Notes: generated by a model from the letters alone, not told the origin. A stretch of DNA of 64,000 nucleotides from an uncultured archaeon (GCA_963782915.1 CAWALK010000024.1:32001-96000), one strand, 5' to 3'; positions 31,654 to 43,052 are shown, numbered from the stretch's first letter. Made by a program: numbers and translations.

Positions 31654-32916
31654 TCCAGCGTAGACTTAACCGTGAAGAATCCACTTTACCTGAGCTGGAG
31701 AGTTTAGCCGAAACAGCCGGCTACCTCGTCGTCGGCAAAATGGAGCAGACAAGACTCCCCGATTCACGTTACCAAATTGGCGCAGGCAAAGTTGAAGAAC
31801 TCGCCAGAATGGCTGAAGAGTTAGGCGCTGAAAAAATAATTTTTGACAATACCCTTCGCACGCTGCAAACCTACAATTTGGCGAAAGCGACGAAGGTAGA
31901 AGTTATTGACCGCTTCCAGCTTATTCTTGGAGCTTTTCAGGAAACGCGCCACCACAACTGAAGCGCAAATGCAAATCCAACTTGCCACCCTCCAAAACGA
32001 ATTGAAGCATGCACGAGAAAAAGTTCGGTTATCCAAAGGCAGCGAACAACCCGGCTTCATGGGTTTAGGCGCATATGAAGCAGACGTTTACCGAGACGCC
32101 ATAAAACTGCAAGTGCAAACCATCAAAAAGAAACTCATTCGCATAAGTGAAAAAAGGGTTCTGCAGCGTGATAGACGAACTGAGTTGGGTTTTCTCACTG
32201 TTTCACTTGCGGGATACACAAGCTCGGGCAAAAGCACCCTCTTTAACGCCTTAACAGCCGAAACTGCGATGGTTGACAAATCACTATTCACCACGCTGTC
32301 AACTCAGACTCGTATGATAGAGTTTTCCAACCGCAAATTCCTCTTAACCGACACAGTAGGCTTCATCGACCGCCTACCTATTTCGCTGATTGAAGCATTC
32401 CATTCCACATTAGAAGAAACCATATTCGCCGACCTAATCGTGCTCTTACTCGACATGAGCGAACCCCTTGACATGGTCAAGAAGAAAAATAATGTGTGCC
32501 TCGAAACCATCGACCGACTCGGAGCCTCAGGCATACCAATCGTTACGGCACTCAACAAAATTGACCTCATGAAACCTGAGGAGCGATTGGAAAGACTTGA
32601 AGCACTCAAGGACTGCGTCAAAAACCCTATTATGCTCTCGGCAAAACGCGAAATCAACCTTGAAGAACTCAAAAAATATGTGCTTCGTATCCTCGAAAAC
32701 TTCCAGTCCGCCCAATTCAGCGTTCCCCTCTCAGGCAATGTGATGCCGTTTATCTCTTGGATGCACCAGAAAACTGATATTCACAAAGAAGAATTCACAA
32801 ACACCTCCGTCAACGTAGTCTTCGAAGCTAATCCGTCTGTGATGGAGCAAGCTAAAAGAAAAGTACAGGATCTCCATGGAAAATTCCAATTCACCACTCA
32901 ACCCAGCAGCCAATAG
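31638..32916 (+). CDS. hflX: GTPase HflX (indel near 31930; possible ACG start)
   Basis: GYTSSGKSTL, FTTL, DTVGFI, F.STLEE and NKID. Confidence 0.92.
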
Positions 32917-33481
32917 TCAACCCAAAATTGTTATTCTCAGATGGGGGCACCGTGTGCAACGTGATGTGCGGTTGACGACTCATGTGGCGTTGACTGCACG
33001 GGCACTGTGTGCTTCAGGTTTCATACTCTCAGATACGACTGACATACATATTGAGGAAACAGTGAATAAAATCACTAAGGCTTGGGGCGGCAACTTCCAT
33101 TTTGAGATGGGTACGCCTTGGAAGCGGGCGGTTCGGGAATGGAAAGCCACTGGCGGCATCATCGTGCATCTAACTGCTTATGGCGAGAACATTCAAACCA
33201 GCGATGTTATGGAAAGAATCCGAGCTACGGGCAAAGATGTGATGTTGCTGGTGGGTAGCCAGAAGGTTCCAGGCGAATTCTACTCGGACGAAGTCTCAAA
33301 CTTCAACGTTGCCGTGGGGAATCAGCCGCATTCCGAGTGCTCAGCACTTGCCATTTTCCTTGACAGATTCTTCCAAGGTAAAGAGCTTGGCAAACCATTC
33401 GAAAAAGCCAAAATCACCATCGTTCCCAAGGAGCGGGGTAAAGAAGTTAAAACAAACGTCGATTTCATCGTAGATTGGTAA
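32876..33481 (+). CDS. trm56: tRNA (cytidine-56-2'-O)-methyltransferase aTrm56
   Basis: HR..RD.R.TTHVALTARA, VHLTAYG, VGSQKVP and NQPHSE. Confidence 0.93.
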   Translation: MENSNSPLNPAANSQPKIVILRWGHRVQRDVRLTTHVALTARALCASGFILSDTTDIHIEETVNKITKAWGGNFHFEMGTPWKRAVREWKATGGIIVHLTAYGENIQTSDVMERIRATGKDVMLLVGSQKVPGEFYSDEVSNFNVAVGNQPHSECSALAIFLDRFFQGKELGKPFEKAKITIVPKERGKEVKTNVDFIVDW

Positions 33482-33538
33482 GAAGAGTTTTATTGTACGG
33501 AGCAGCAATAATAGGGTATCAAAAGGGAACTTTAGAGC

Positions 33539-34052
33539 ATGTTATCGACAATTGATGATGCAACCCTAAATAAAGTCGCAATAGCTTTGGGCGAACAAGA
33601 CGCCGTTATACTTATCGCGCACTTAAAGGGTGTAGAAGAAATCACTGATGACGAAATAGCGAACAAAACAGGCATCCGCCTAAACAGTGTCCGCAAGATT
33701 CTCTACAAACTCTACGACCATTCACTTGTCAGTCTCCGCAGAACACGAGACCCTAAGACGGGCTGGTTCATTTTTCACTGGAAACTCCAACCAGACCAAC
33801 TAGAAGGCTTCATACTTAGCCAGAAACGCCGTGTACTCGAAAAACTCAACGTCAGGCTCGAATACGAACGAAACCATGACTTCTACTACTGTGGCAGTCA
33901 AGAATGCAAACGTGTACCATTCGAAGAAGCAGTTGAACTAGTTTTCCACTGTGCAGGCTGCGGCAAACCATTGGTGCATTTTGCAAACGAAGACCATGAT
34001 TGAGAAGCTCGGCGAAAAAGTAGACATTCTACGCAAGGAACTGGGCGAATAA
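33539..34052 (+). CDS. tfe: Transcription factor E (C-terminal indel)
   Basis: TDDEIA, VRKILYKL, TGWFIFHW and Zn ribbon. Confidence 0.92.
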
Positions 34053-34053
34053 A

Positions 34054-34585
34054 GTGACTGCGGCGCTTCCGAATAGGGAGCAAGCAATCCATCTTCTTCA
34101 AATAAACAATTGCCCACCCCAAGTTATCAGCCACTGCATAGCAGTTACAGACTTAGCATTGCAAATCGCCTGTAAACTTCAAGGCAGAGGCTATGTGATT
34201 GATTTAGGGCTGGTTGAGGCAGGGGGACTTCTCCATGACCTCGGACGCAGCAAAACCCACGCCGTAGACCACGGAGTAGTAGGCGCACAAATCGCCCAAA
34301 CCCTCGAGTTACCCCAAGCAGGTAATCAACATTATCAAGCGGCATGTCGGCGCAGGCATCACCCCAGAAGAAGCAGAATGGCTCGGCTGGACCAAAGATA
34401 ACTATATACCAGAAACCCTCGAAGAGAAAGTTGTGTGCTACGCGGACAAACGCATAGACCACGACCAGAAAACGCCAATCGAAGTTGAAATTGAGCGGCT
34501 ACAGAAGGGCGGTTTCGGTGAAGCGGCAGAAAGAGTTAGAAGGCTGCATGACGAAATAACACATCTAATAGGCGAAACTCCATGA
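34054..34585 (+). CDS. HD/HDIG domain protein (indel)
   Basis: H..AV, LLHDLGR, HG..GA, RHVGAGI and EEKVV.YADK. Confidence 0.88.
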
Positions 34586-35355
34586 CGGACTTAACTTTAT
34601 TCGTTAAAGCATTCAATGGCGGACAACTCAAACAAATAGATGAGCTTCTGCAAAGCCAATTTGAAGACTTAAGTGTAGAAGCAAAACTCACAGCGGATCC
34701 TACTAACAAGTGGGTTCAAGTTCACATTGAAGGCGAAGACGAAGTTATCGCTGCTGCTTATGCTAAAAAAGAGATTGGAACCTGCCCAGTCAGCCTTGAC
34801 AACGTGGAAGTTGGCGCAGTATTGAAGGGCTATATTTCCAAGGTTGATGAGAGCAGGATGCAGTTGACGGTTGATGTGGGAGTTTTTCAACCTAACATGA
34901 TCCAAGCGGCTGTGTCTGTGGTGGTTTTGCGTGGGCAGTTTGGAGCAGCCAAAGATGCGCCGCTAAAAGCAATCTGTGAAGCTTACGGCATCGCAGAGGG
35001 TTTGCCAATTAATGTTAAAGTAACTGAGAAGGAAGCTGCTGGGTTGAAGGCGGAGTTGTCGCCTGAGATGGTTGCGAAGCTTAAGGCTTGGCAGCAGTCG
35101 CTTCTTGATAGGTTGATTGTTTTGCGTGCATCCAAAGAGATAGTGGCTACTGCTTTGGAACGGTCTCAGCTTGAGCGGGATGTTATTGATGTTGAGCAGT
35201 TAGGCTTTTTTGAGTTTGCCTTGGTTTGTAAGTTGGGTACTGAGGCGAGGGGCTTGATTCCTAGGGTGGGTCGGTATATGCGTAATGCGGTGTTTGTGGT
35301 GTTTAGCTCTAAGAAGAGCACCGATTTTTTGGGTGAAAAAGGATTAACCTTATAA
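34582..35355 (+). CDS. DUF2110-like protein
   Basis: Conserved position after tfe and the HD gene; CKLGTEARGLIP motif. Confidence 0.7.
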   Translation: MTDLTLFVKAFNGGQLKQIDELLQSQFEDLSVEAKLTADPTNKWVQVHIEGEDEVIAAAYAKKEIGTCPVSLDNVEVGAVLKGYISKVDESRMQLTVDVGVFQPNMIQAAVSVVVLRGQFGAAKDAPLKAICEAYGIAEGLPINVKVTEKEAAGLKAELSPEMVAKLKAWQQSLLDRLIVLRASKEIVATALERSQLERDVIDVEQLGFFEFALVCKLGTEARGLIPRVGRYMRNAVFVVFSSKKSTDFLGEKGLTL

Positions 35356-35422
35356 TAGTGATCATAACTAATACAACAATCTATTATCCGTAATAGAGGA
35401 TTTAGAGAAGGGAGAGGGGTAA

Positions 35423-35590
35423 ATGACACAAATAGAAGACAGCAGAGATAAGGGAAGAAAATACAGAATAGACATCGGAGCCTATGGCAGCATAGGCATA
35501 GAAGCACCCACAAAAGAAGAATGCTTAGAACTTTTCAAGGAAGTCACCCGCACCAAACGGGACTCAAGAATAGACGAAGCAATCAGATAA
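35423..35590 (+). CDS. Small hypothetical protein (55 aa; not in ORF track)
   Basis: GAGGGGT RBS-like sequence; MTQIEDSRDKGRKYRIDIGAYGSIGIEAPTKEECLELFKEV... Confidence 0.6.
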   Translation: MTQIEDSRDKGRKYRIDIGAYGSIGIEAPTKEECLELFKEVTRTKRDSRIDEAIR

Positions 35591-35661
35591 AAAATAAAAA
35601 CGGTAGGCTACCGCAAACTCCAATTCACCCGCGGCAAAGCGAGTGTTTTTAGAGTTTGCGA

Positions 35662-35886
35662 TTATAGCACATCATGCTCTTCTTTACAGTGTGAATTGTA
35701 GTCCTCGCGGTTATCGTAAACCTGCTGGTCAATGGGGCACTTGAATTTCTTTTCGTTAGTCATTTCTGGTTCAGGAATGGTAATCCTTGGAGCAGTACGT
35801 TTAAGATCATCGCTATCAGCGCTTGCTGATTCTTCCATATCTTCGGAACCGCAAGAGCCACATCCGCATTCATCTTCTTCAAACAA
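35662..35886 (-). CDS. Small acidic protein with C2H2-like zinc finger
   Basis: GGAGGTGA RBS; CGCGSC and CPID..Y.....Y..HC.EEH. Confidence 0.7.
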   Translation of the reverse strand: MFEEDECGCGSCGSEDMEESASADSDDLKRTAPRITIPEPEMTNEKKFKCPIDQQVYDNREDYNSHCKEEHDVL

Positions 35887-36039
35887 AACTTTTCACCTCC
35901 GACAAAAACTCGGCTGCCTAAAACAATTATTTTAGCGGAGTAAATTGTTAATTAAAATATGTGACTGCACGTCAGGCAACAACCAACCGTTAAAAAATGC
36001 CTAAAAAGAAGAAAAAAGGGACAGAATTGGTTTTATGGT

Positions 36040-36465
36040 TTAGTTTTTGGCTTTGGTTATTTGTTTGCGGAAGTAGACAACGCCGATAACGCCGCCAACT
36101 ACTATAGCTAAGATTACGCCGATGGCCGCAACTATCCAGGTGTTATCTGCTGCGGGGGTGTTTTCGTTTGCCATACCGTTCGCGTACATGAGTTCGCCGT
36201 CTTCTGCGCCTGGAACTATGGGGTCAGTTGAGTTGGTGTCTGTGCTGTTATCGCCTACGCCGTAGAGGATTGGGGTATCGTCGGTTACTGTTGAGTTGTC
36301 ATTTACTGGGCTGTCTGGATCGGGGGTGGCTGGTGGTATGCTGTCTGGAGGAGATGCGGTTGGGGTTGTTTCCTGTGCAGCCGCCAATGAAACGACGGCG
36401 CTGCTTAGAAGAACGGCTGCTAATACGGAGAGTAAGAGGTACTTGGTTTTTTGCATATTTTTCAC
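36040..36465 (-). CDS. Secreted acidic Thr/Pro/Asp-rich protein with C-terminal TM
   Basis: Signal peptide, low-complexity core, TM followed by basic tail. Confidence 0.75.
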   Translation of the reverse strand: MKNMQKTKYLLLSVLAAVLLSSAVVSLAAAQETTPTASPPDSIPPATPDPDSPVNDNSTVTDDTPILYGVGDNSTDTNSTDPIVPGAEDGELMYANGMANENTPAADNTWIVAAIGVILAIVVGGVIGVVYFRKQITKAKN

Positions 36466-36625
36466 TACTTGATTTGCTTGTTAGCTCTAGTAGGTGGGTG
36501 GTTTATTTAGCACCAAGCATGCGAACAAGCTGTCTAATTTCTGGAACCATCCCGTAAACCCGTATGGGTAAGGGACAATGAATATGTAGCGAAAACAGCT
36601 AATGTTTATGGTAAGGTAGTTTGGT

Positions 36626-37882
36626 ATGAGGAAATTTTGTTTACTTTTAACTTTAGCAATCCTTTGTTTTTCGGTAGCATTACCCCTTAGTTTGGCCCAA
36701 AGCAGCGATTCATGGCCAATGTACCACGGAGACCCCACACACAGCGGCTACGTCAATGCGCAGGGACCCACCAATAACCAGACCCTTTGGACTTACAGCA
36801 CAAACGGTTGGATAATGAATTCGCCAGCAGTCGCCAACGGCGTAGTCTACTTCAGCGCATCCGACGCTGGCTACCATGAAGGCCCCAACAATAACCTAAT
36901 CGCAATGAACGCCAAAGACGGAACCAAACTCTGGAATTTCTCGGCTGGAGGCAAAATCTACAGTTCCCCGGCAGTCGCAAACGGCATCGTCTATTTCGGC
37001 TCAGATGACAACGCAATCTATGCAGTCAACGCCTCAACCGGCACCGAAATTTGGAAGTGCATCACAGACTCTGACGTACAAGGTTCACCCACAGTTGCAA
37101 ACGGAGTAGTATATGCAGGTTCAAACGACGGCAAACTCTACGCCCTCGACGCCGCATTGGGCATGCCCATTTGGAACTTCTCCACAGGCGGACTAGTCAC
37201 CACTTCCCCCGCCGTAGCCAACGGAGTAGTATACTTCGGTTCATACGACCACAAAATCTATGCACTCGACGCAACAACCGGCGCTAAAAAATGGGATTTC
37301 ACAACTGGCAGCGTCGTCGCCTCAGCCGCAGTAGTGGCAAACGGCAACGTCTACGTTGGCAGCTACGACAACCAAACCTACGCCCTAAACGCTGACACCG
37401 GCGCTTTAGTCTGGAAAGTCGAAACAGGCTATGACCAATGCGTCCAAGCCTCACCAGCCTACGCAAACGGCATCCTCTACACCGGCGGCGCATTCGACAA
37501 AAAAGTATACGCCCTCGACCCAGCAACAGGCGCAGAAAAATGGAGTTACACCATGAATGAAGGCTTAACGACCGCACCCGCAGTCATCGGCCACACAGTC
37601 TACGTCACCTCAACCTTGGGCAACACAACTTACGCCTTAAACGCAGACAACGGCGCTTTGCAATGGAGTTACCAGACAGCAGGCAACATCTACTCTTCAC
37701 CGGCAGTAGCAGATGGAGCAGTATACTTTGGTGCATATGATGGCATCTTCTATGCAGTCGGCGCAAGTTCAGGCGGAACCAGCAATCCAGAGATGTCAAA
37801 CATTGTTTACTATGCGATTGCCATCGTTGTCTTGGTTGTAGTAATCGCAGTCGCCATAGTTTTCCTGAGAAAGCGACGATAG
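36626..37882 (+). CDS. PQQ-like (BamB-like) beta-propeller surface protein
   Basis: About 8 tandem SSPAVANGVVYFGS.D..YAL.A.TG...W repeats; signal peptide; C-terminal TM. Confidence 0.93.
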   Translation: MRKFCLLLTLAILCFSVALPLSLAQSSDSWPMYHGDPTHSGYVNAQGPTNNQTLWTYSTNGWIMNSPAVANGVVYFSASDAGYHEGPNNNLIAMNAKDGTKLWNFSAGGKIYSSPAVANGIVYFGSDDNAIYAVNASTGTEIWKCITDSDVQGSPTVANGVVYAGSNDGKLYALDAALGMPIWNFSTGGLVTTSPAVANGVVYFGSYDHKIYALDATTGAKKWDFTTGSVVASAAVVANGNVYVGSYDNQTYALNADTGALVWKVETGYDQCVQASPAYANGILYTGGAFDKKVYALDPATGAEKWSYTMNEGLTTAPAVIGHTVYVTSTLGNTTYALNADNGALQWSYQTAGNIYSSPAVADGAVYFGAYDGIFYAVGASSGGTSNPEMSNIVYYAIAIVVLVVVIAVAIVFLRKRR

Positions 37883-37972
37883 AGTTACCACAAACTTTTC
37901 CTTTTTTTCTTTTTTAGAACCTAATATACAAAGGATGCTTCAAAAAAAATATTAAAAAGAGTTTTGCTGGAC

Positions 37973-38335
37973 TTAGAAACCCAGTGACCCTAAACCTATA
38001 CCGATGCCTATACCGATCAATGCCAGCAGGAAAGCTATGATTATGAAGACAATCACTGCGATTACAGCGATTACGAATGCTTTGATCCAGCCGCAGTCAA
38101 AGAAGTGTTTGATCAGTCCAAGCCAAACAAAGAACATGATTATCGACGCAATTAATCCGCCGATTAACCAGCCGATTATTGAGCCAATGACTATGCCCAA
38201 AACGACGATCCAGATGGCGTCAGTGAATTTAGCGTTATGTTTGCCTGCTAATGCTCTGCCCACAAGCCAAAGTACTGGTGCAACAACGATTATGGCAACG
38301 ACTATTTGTATTAAAAGGCCAATTATATCTACCAA
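37973..38335 (-). CDS. Small multi-pass membrane protein
   Basis: 120 aa, highly hydrophobic. Confidence 0.8.
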   Translation of the reverse strand: MVDIIGLLIQIVVAIIVVAPVLWLVGRALAGKHNAKFTDAIWIVVLGIVIGSIIGWLIGGLIASIIMFFVWLGLIKHFFDCGWIKAFVIAVIAVIVFIIIAFLLALIGIGIGIGLGSLGF

Positions 38336-38436
38336 AATTTATCCCTGATACCTAGTTGTTGTTAGTGTTTTTAAGACAATCGCTTAAGAACATGTACGGC
38401 AATATTGGGAGCTGAGCGGATTTTAACCAACCTTGG

Positions 38437-39383
38437 TTAAGCATGAAAACGGGACTTCTTACGGTTTTTTAGTTTAATCGCAGCTGCAAAGAAGAGCCCC
38501 AGAACTATCGTCGGTAACAGGATGAAAAGGGGTAATTCTGGGATGCTGGGTGTTGAAGATGATGTGGATGAGGAAGGAATAGGTGATGAAGTGGAGGGGT
38601 TCTGGGAGATGCTTGGTGTGGGAGAAATTGATGCGTTGGGTGTTGGAGTGGCCGTTGAAGTTTGGGGGGTTAATGATGTGGGTGAAGCTGTTGGTTCGGG
38701 GGTTGGGGTAACGGTTAGGTTGGGAGTTGTTGGTCTTGGTGTGGGTGAGGGCGTAGCTGCGGGTGTTGGGGTGGGCGTAGGAGTTGTTGTGGGTGTTGGA
38801 GTCGGTGTGAGAGTTGGCGTAGGAGTGGGATTAGGCGTGGCAGTTGGGCTTGGTGTGGGCGTTGGAGAAGGGGTTGGCTAGGGGTCGGCGAGGGGTTCTG
38901 ACTTCTTCCCAAATCAAGCGTGTAATAAGTGTAGCCGTTAATGCTGTAGACGCCTAAGCCCGCGTCGACGTAGTCGCCAATCATGTTGGTGTAGTGTCCC
39001 GGCGAGTTCTTCCACATATCATAAACCTTCGTTGCATCTGGGGCTCCGTAGGCATAGGCAATGTTTTCTGCCGCTGAAACCCACTTGTATCCTACAGCGG
39101 TGATTCGTTGGCTGAATTGCGTCCCATCCTGTGAGGTGTGGGAGAAGTAGTTGTTGTCGCCCATGTCTTTGGAATGCAGGTAAGCGGCGCTTTCAAGCTG
39201 GCTGTTGGCTGCGAGCGGGGTTTTGCCGAGGCTTGCACGTTCAGCGTTTACCAGCGCTAAAAAGTCGCTTTGCAGGTTTCCCGAGGTCTGTGCCGAGGAT
39301 ACTGCGGTGAAGATTGGGCTTGTTATGCACGTGAGTGCTATAATGAGTAGAGCGGCTGCCAGCTTGTTCGTCGCTGCTTTCAT
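38437..39383 (-). CDS. CAP/SCP domain surface protein with Pro-Thr stalk and C-terminal TM (indel near 38880)
   Basis: N.ER, H..DM....YFSH, AENIA and W..SPGH..N; PT repeats followed by IPELP, a TM and a basic tail. Confidence 0.88.
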
Positions 39384-39521
39384 GGTCGAGAGTCAGGGGT
39401 TGCATGCAAGATAACCGTTTTTAGGAAGCCTAATTCGCTTGGTTTGCGAAGAATCATTCGCTCAATGAACCGGCGACGGATAAGCCAAAAGTGCAGCATT
39501 CTAAGAGTTGGTGTCGGGGAG

Positions 39522-39640
39522 CTTGTGGTTTGCTCCACAACCAGCCAGCAACCCAAACCAGACGCAGAACCTCAAACACAACCGCCTACATCAACCGCTG
39601 GAAGAAGAAGAGTAAAGGAGGTCAATTCCTTCTTCTACTA
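39522..39640 (+). repeat. Dispersed repeat module A (covariant hairpin variant)
   Basis: cttgtggtttgctccacaaccagccagcaacccaaaccagacgc...cgctggAAGAAGAAG..aaaggagg..CTTCTTCT. Confidence 0.78.
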
Positions 39641-39691
39641 CTAAGAAAAATAGGGTTGCATAATCGGATAGAATCAGTAAGTTAGAAGTGT

Positions 39692-39769
39692 TGGTGGGCC
39701 GAGCCGGACTCGGACCGGCGACCTTTGGCTCGTAAAGCCAACGTCCTAACCAGGCTAGACGACCGGCCC
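39692..39769 (-). tRNA. tRNA-Val(UAC), CCA encoded
   Basis: GGGCCGG/TCGGCCC acceptor stem; anticodon arm TTGGC-TTTACGA-GCCAA; ends in ACCA. Confidence 0.95.
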
Positions 39770-39882
39770 ACAGCATGCTGGATTAAGAGATTGCATTTGT
39801 TAATATTAGAGTTTTGTTTCTGGAGACGACAAATATATCGCTTTTGAATGGGTTGTCCATTGAATGGGGATATGTTTGGCTG

Positions 39883-40274
39883 CTAATATGTAAACGGGAG
39901 GTAGCTGCAAAGAGGTCGCGTGGTTTTCAACATTGAGGCTATTTGAATTTTCCCTCGAACAGTGCTTTGAAGAGGTAAATTATGGCGGGGATGTTGATGA
40001 CTACGCGGATAGCGTTTAGCCAGACTTGATAGTAAATCAAGTATGCCCACGCTTGTGCTTAAGGTGTAGATTAGGACAAATATTGTGAAGGCGGGACCCC
40101 ATTTTTTGGTGAAAGCAAAGCGGGAATAGCGGTGACCCAGAGTGCGATTTCTATCCAATTGTTTAGGTCTTGCACGTCGCCTCCAAGAAGTATGAGCGCC
40201 ATTAAAAAGATGTTAACAACCATCCATGCAGCGATGGCATAGAGTATTGGGGATCGTTTGGTTGCTTGAGCCAC
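39883..40274 (-). CDS. Membrane protein (indels)
   Basis: Hydrophobic segments continue across ORFs 40071-40274 and 39883-40158. Confidence 0.55.
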
Positions 40275-40382
40275 AGGCGTATCCTCAATTGCACTATCAG
40301 TTGTTATAAATAATTAATTTTTTGGCTTTTTGAGATAATTTATTATGGATAGCAATAGATAGCTCTGTCTGGGAACCTCAAC

Positions 40383-41728
40383 GTGGACGCTAAAAGCCTC
40401 AAACAGTTTGCGCTTGCACATTACCCCGTATTGGGGGTGCTGCTGGGCAGCTTCATCATTGCAGCATCAATGGGCACCTATACGAACTGGGATTCCCAAC
40501 TTGAATACGAAGCCGCCTCAAGTGTCCTCACTAGCGGGTTTCCCTTGATATCCACGGGTTTTATGATTAATCAGCCTCCGCTGGGCTTCTATACGGCGGC
40601 ACCTATTTTCCAGCTGTTCGGGCTATCTTACCTCAATGGCATCGGGTTGGCTACGGCGTTTGGGCTGGGCTCAGTTGCCCTCGTCTATGCACTAGGAACC
40701 TTGCTGTACGGTAGAAAGACTGGGTTGGTTGCGTCGGCGCTCTTCGGCTTAGTCCCATGGCACGTTTACATGAGCCGCATCTTCCTCATAGACAACCAAT
40801 GCCTATTCTGGAGCCTAATGTTCCTGGTTTTCGGAGTTTTAGCGGTTAAGCGCAACTCTGATAGGCTGGTGCTTGGGGCAGGGATATTTTTTGCTTTGGC
40901 GTTTTTAACGAAGTTGTTTGCGGTTTTTAGTTTGGTTCCATTGCTGCTTTTTGTGTTCTTGAATCGAAAAGAAGGCACCTTTAAGGTTACAAAGAGAAAA
41001 CTGCTGTTTTTCCTTGTGCCCTCAATAGTCCTGCAAGCGGTATGGTATGGAGGCTTCGCAAACCAGAACTTCAGTGCAGTCTACTTCAGCAGCGACCTCT
41101 CACATCCAGTCTACGTAGATGCTCCAGCAGCCTATCTGCCCACAATTTTGGTTAATAGCACAGGGATTTTCTTGTTTGCCGCCTCATTCTTTGCCATAGC
41201 GTTTGCAGTTGCATACAGAAGGAAGCTTGCGGGGCACCTTCGAACTGACCTGCTTTGCGTTGCTACTGTCGCGGTTATTTCGGGGCTGAACCTGCTTTTG
41301 TTTTGGGTTTCCGTTTAACGGTGCCCTATGTCAGCGTCTTCAAGTACACCTATTTGGCGTTGCCGTTTTTGTGTCTAATCGCCGCATCCATAGCCGACAA
41401 AGGCGCGGGTTTGCTGGGTTCTGTGGAGTGGAAAAATAAAATCCAATGGATTAAGCCTGCGCTGATTACTGTTGGGCTGGTTTTGGTGTTTGCTTCATTG
41501 CTTGAAAGCGTCCAGTTCCTAAACCGGTGGGTTGATTATGCATGGTTTGGCGTAGACACCGTCACCTATTACCCCTTCAACCTATTCTCAAAAACCCTAT
41601 TCAGCGATATTTTAGTGCCGTTGCAGTATTTTGGGTTGGCTCTTGTGGTGTGCAGTATGTTTCTGCCCACTATTGTTGGTGTCTTTGGGCGTTTGATGTA
41701 TGGGTTAAAGAAAATCCTCGCAAACTAA
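40383..41728 (+). CDS. GT-C membrane glycosyltransferase (ArnT/PMT-like; indel)
   Basis: WD...Y, QPPL, SR....D and LA.LTK; multiple TM segments. Confidence 0.85.
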
Positions 41729-42926
41729 GCGGGTTTTTGCCGCCTCTTGGAAAACAGGAAAACAACAATCGAAAGTACCAGAAGCAAGCTAAGCGAGAAA
41801 AACAACCCCAGATACCTCAGGCTTGATGCGAAGATTACACCGCTAATTATCGGTCCCAACGTTTGACCCACATCCATCATTGTAGCTAAGAAACCCATCG
41901 AAGCCCCCACCAAAGTGCAAGGAACCAAATCGCACACTAAAGGCGAAGTGGAAGAGAGCACCGTTGCAAAAGCCGCGCCATACCCAACCGCTAAGAGCAG
42001 CAGCACTGGAAACTGGGTTGTAAAGGGAATTGCCCCCACCAATATGCAGCTGGCGGCGATGCCTGCGATGATGGGTTTAGTTCGCCCTATCCTGTCAGAG
42101 ACGCGCCCGATTAAGGGCCGAACGATAACGAACGCTACAATCTGGCTTCCAGTAATAACTCCGATGGAGAAGAGGTCCAATCCCACGACGTCGGTTAAGT
42201 AGCCGACTAGGAAGAATTCGACTGAACCGAACACGTAGTATTGGGTTGCTTGGACAAAACTGACGCCCATGATGCCTCTGTTGCGGATGAGGTAGAGCCA
42301 GCCTTCGAACATTTTCTTGGACGAATGAGGGGTAGGCGGTGTTTTGGTGAGGTTTCGTTTTTCAGCCAAAAACAGCAGCCCCACAACGAATGCGGTTACG
42401 CCAGCGACACCGACTGAGAGGTATAATGTGAAGAAACTTTGATTTGTGGCAAACAGTATGTAGCCGCCTAGAAACGGCGCTAATGCTCTTCCTACAGCGG
42501 TTGCCGAATTGAAAAGCGAGATGCGTTCGCCCCGTTTGGTAGGGTATAATTCTGCGATGGATGCTTCAGCTACAGGTATGAATATGGCTGTTGCGAAGCC
42601 ATGGAAAAAGCGAACCAGCGCAAGAGTCCACCAGGAATCCACACCCAAATAAAGGAATGGAGCACTGCGAAGATGGAGCCTGCGAGCAGTAGCACTTTGC
42701 GTCTGCCGATGTAGTCGGAGAGCGATGCAGCGGGTAAACTGATTAGTATGCCGGGGATGGTTGAAGCGGAAGCGACAATGCCTAAAAGTTCATTTGGGGT
42801 GCCTAAGCTGGTTGCGAAGGGTTTAAGCACGGGATTCTTCGACATGGTGGAGCTTAAGATTGCAAAGAAACCCATGATGCACATGATGGCAAAGAAGATT
42901 TTGTGGGTACGGGTAATCTTAAGCAA
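41725..42926 (-). CDS. MFS transporter (indel)
   Basis: LSDYIGRRKV and GRVSDRIGR motif A. Confidence 0.92.
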
Positions 42927-43052
42927 ACACTAAACCCCATAAGGATAGCTTCTGTGGGGAGATATTTTTTGTTTGCTATTTCCACAGGAAGAATGTTGTT
43001 TATTAAGAAAGAGCGCATTCCACTAGGAAGTCAACGTGTTGAAGGCGCCTAT

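Noticed and set aside
36800-37760. Regularly spaced ~120-bp repeats as a CRISPR or non-coding array
   Set aside because: They are in-frame beta-propeller blades of one protein.
38522-38881. + strand (GV)n ORF
   Set aside because: It is the antisense shadow of the Pro-Thr stalk of the CAP protein.
39591-39776. 61-aa ORF overlapping the tRNA
   Set aside because: It is a spurious translation of tRNA-Val.
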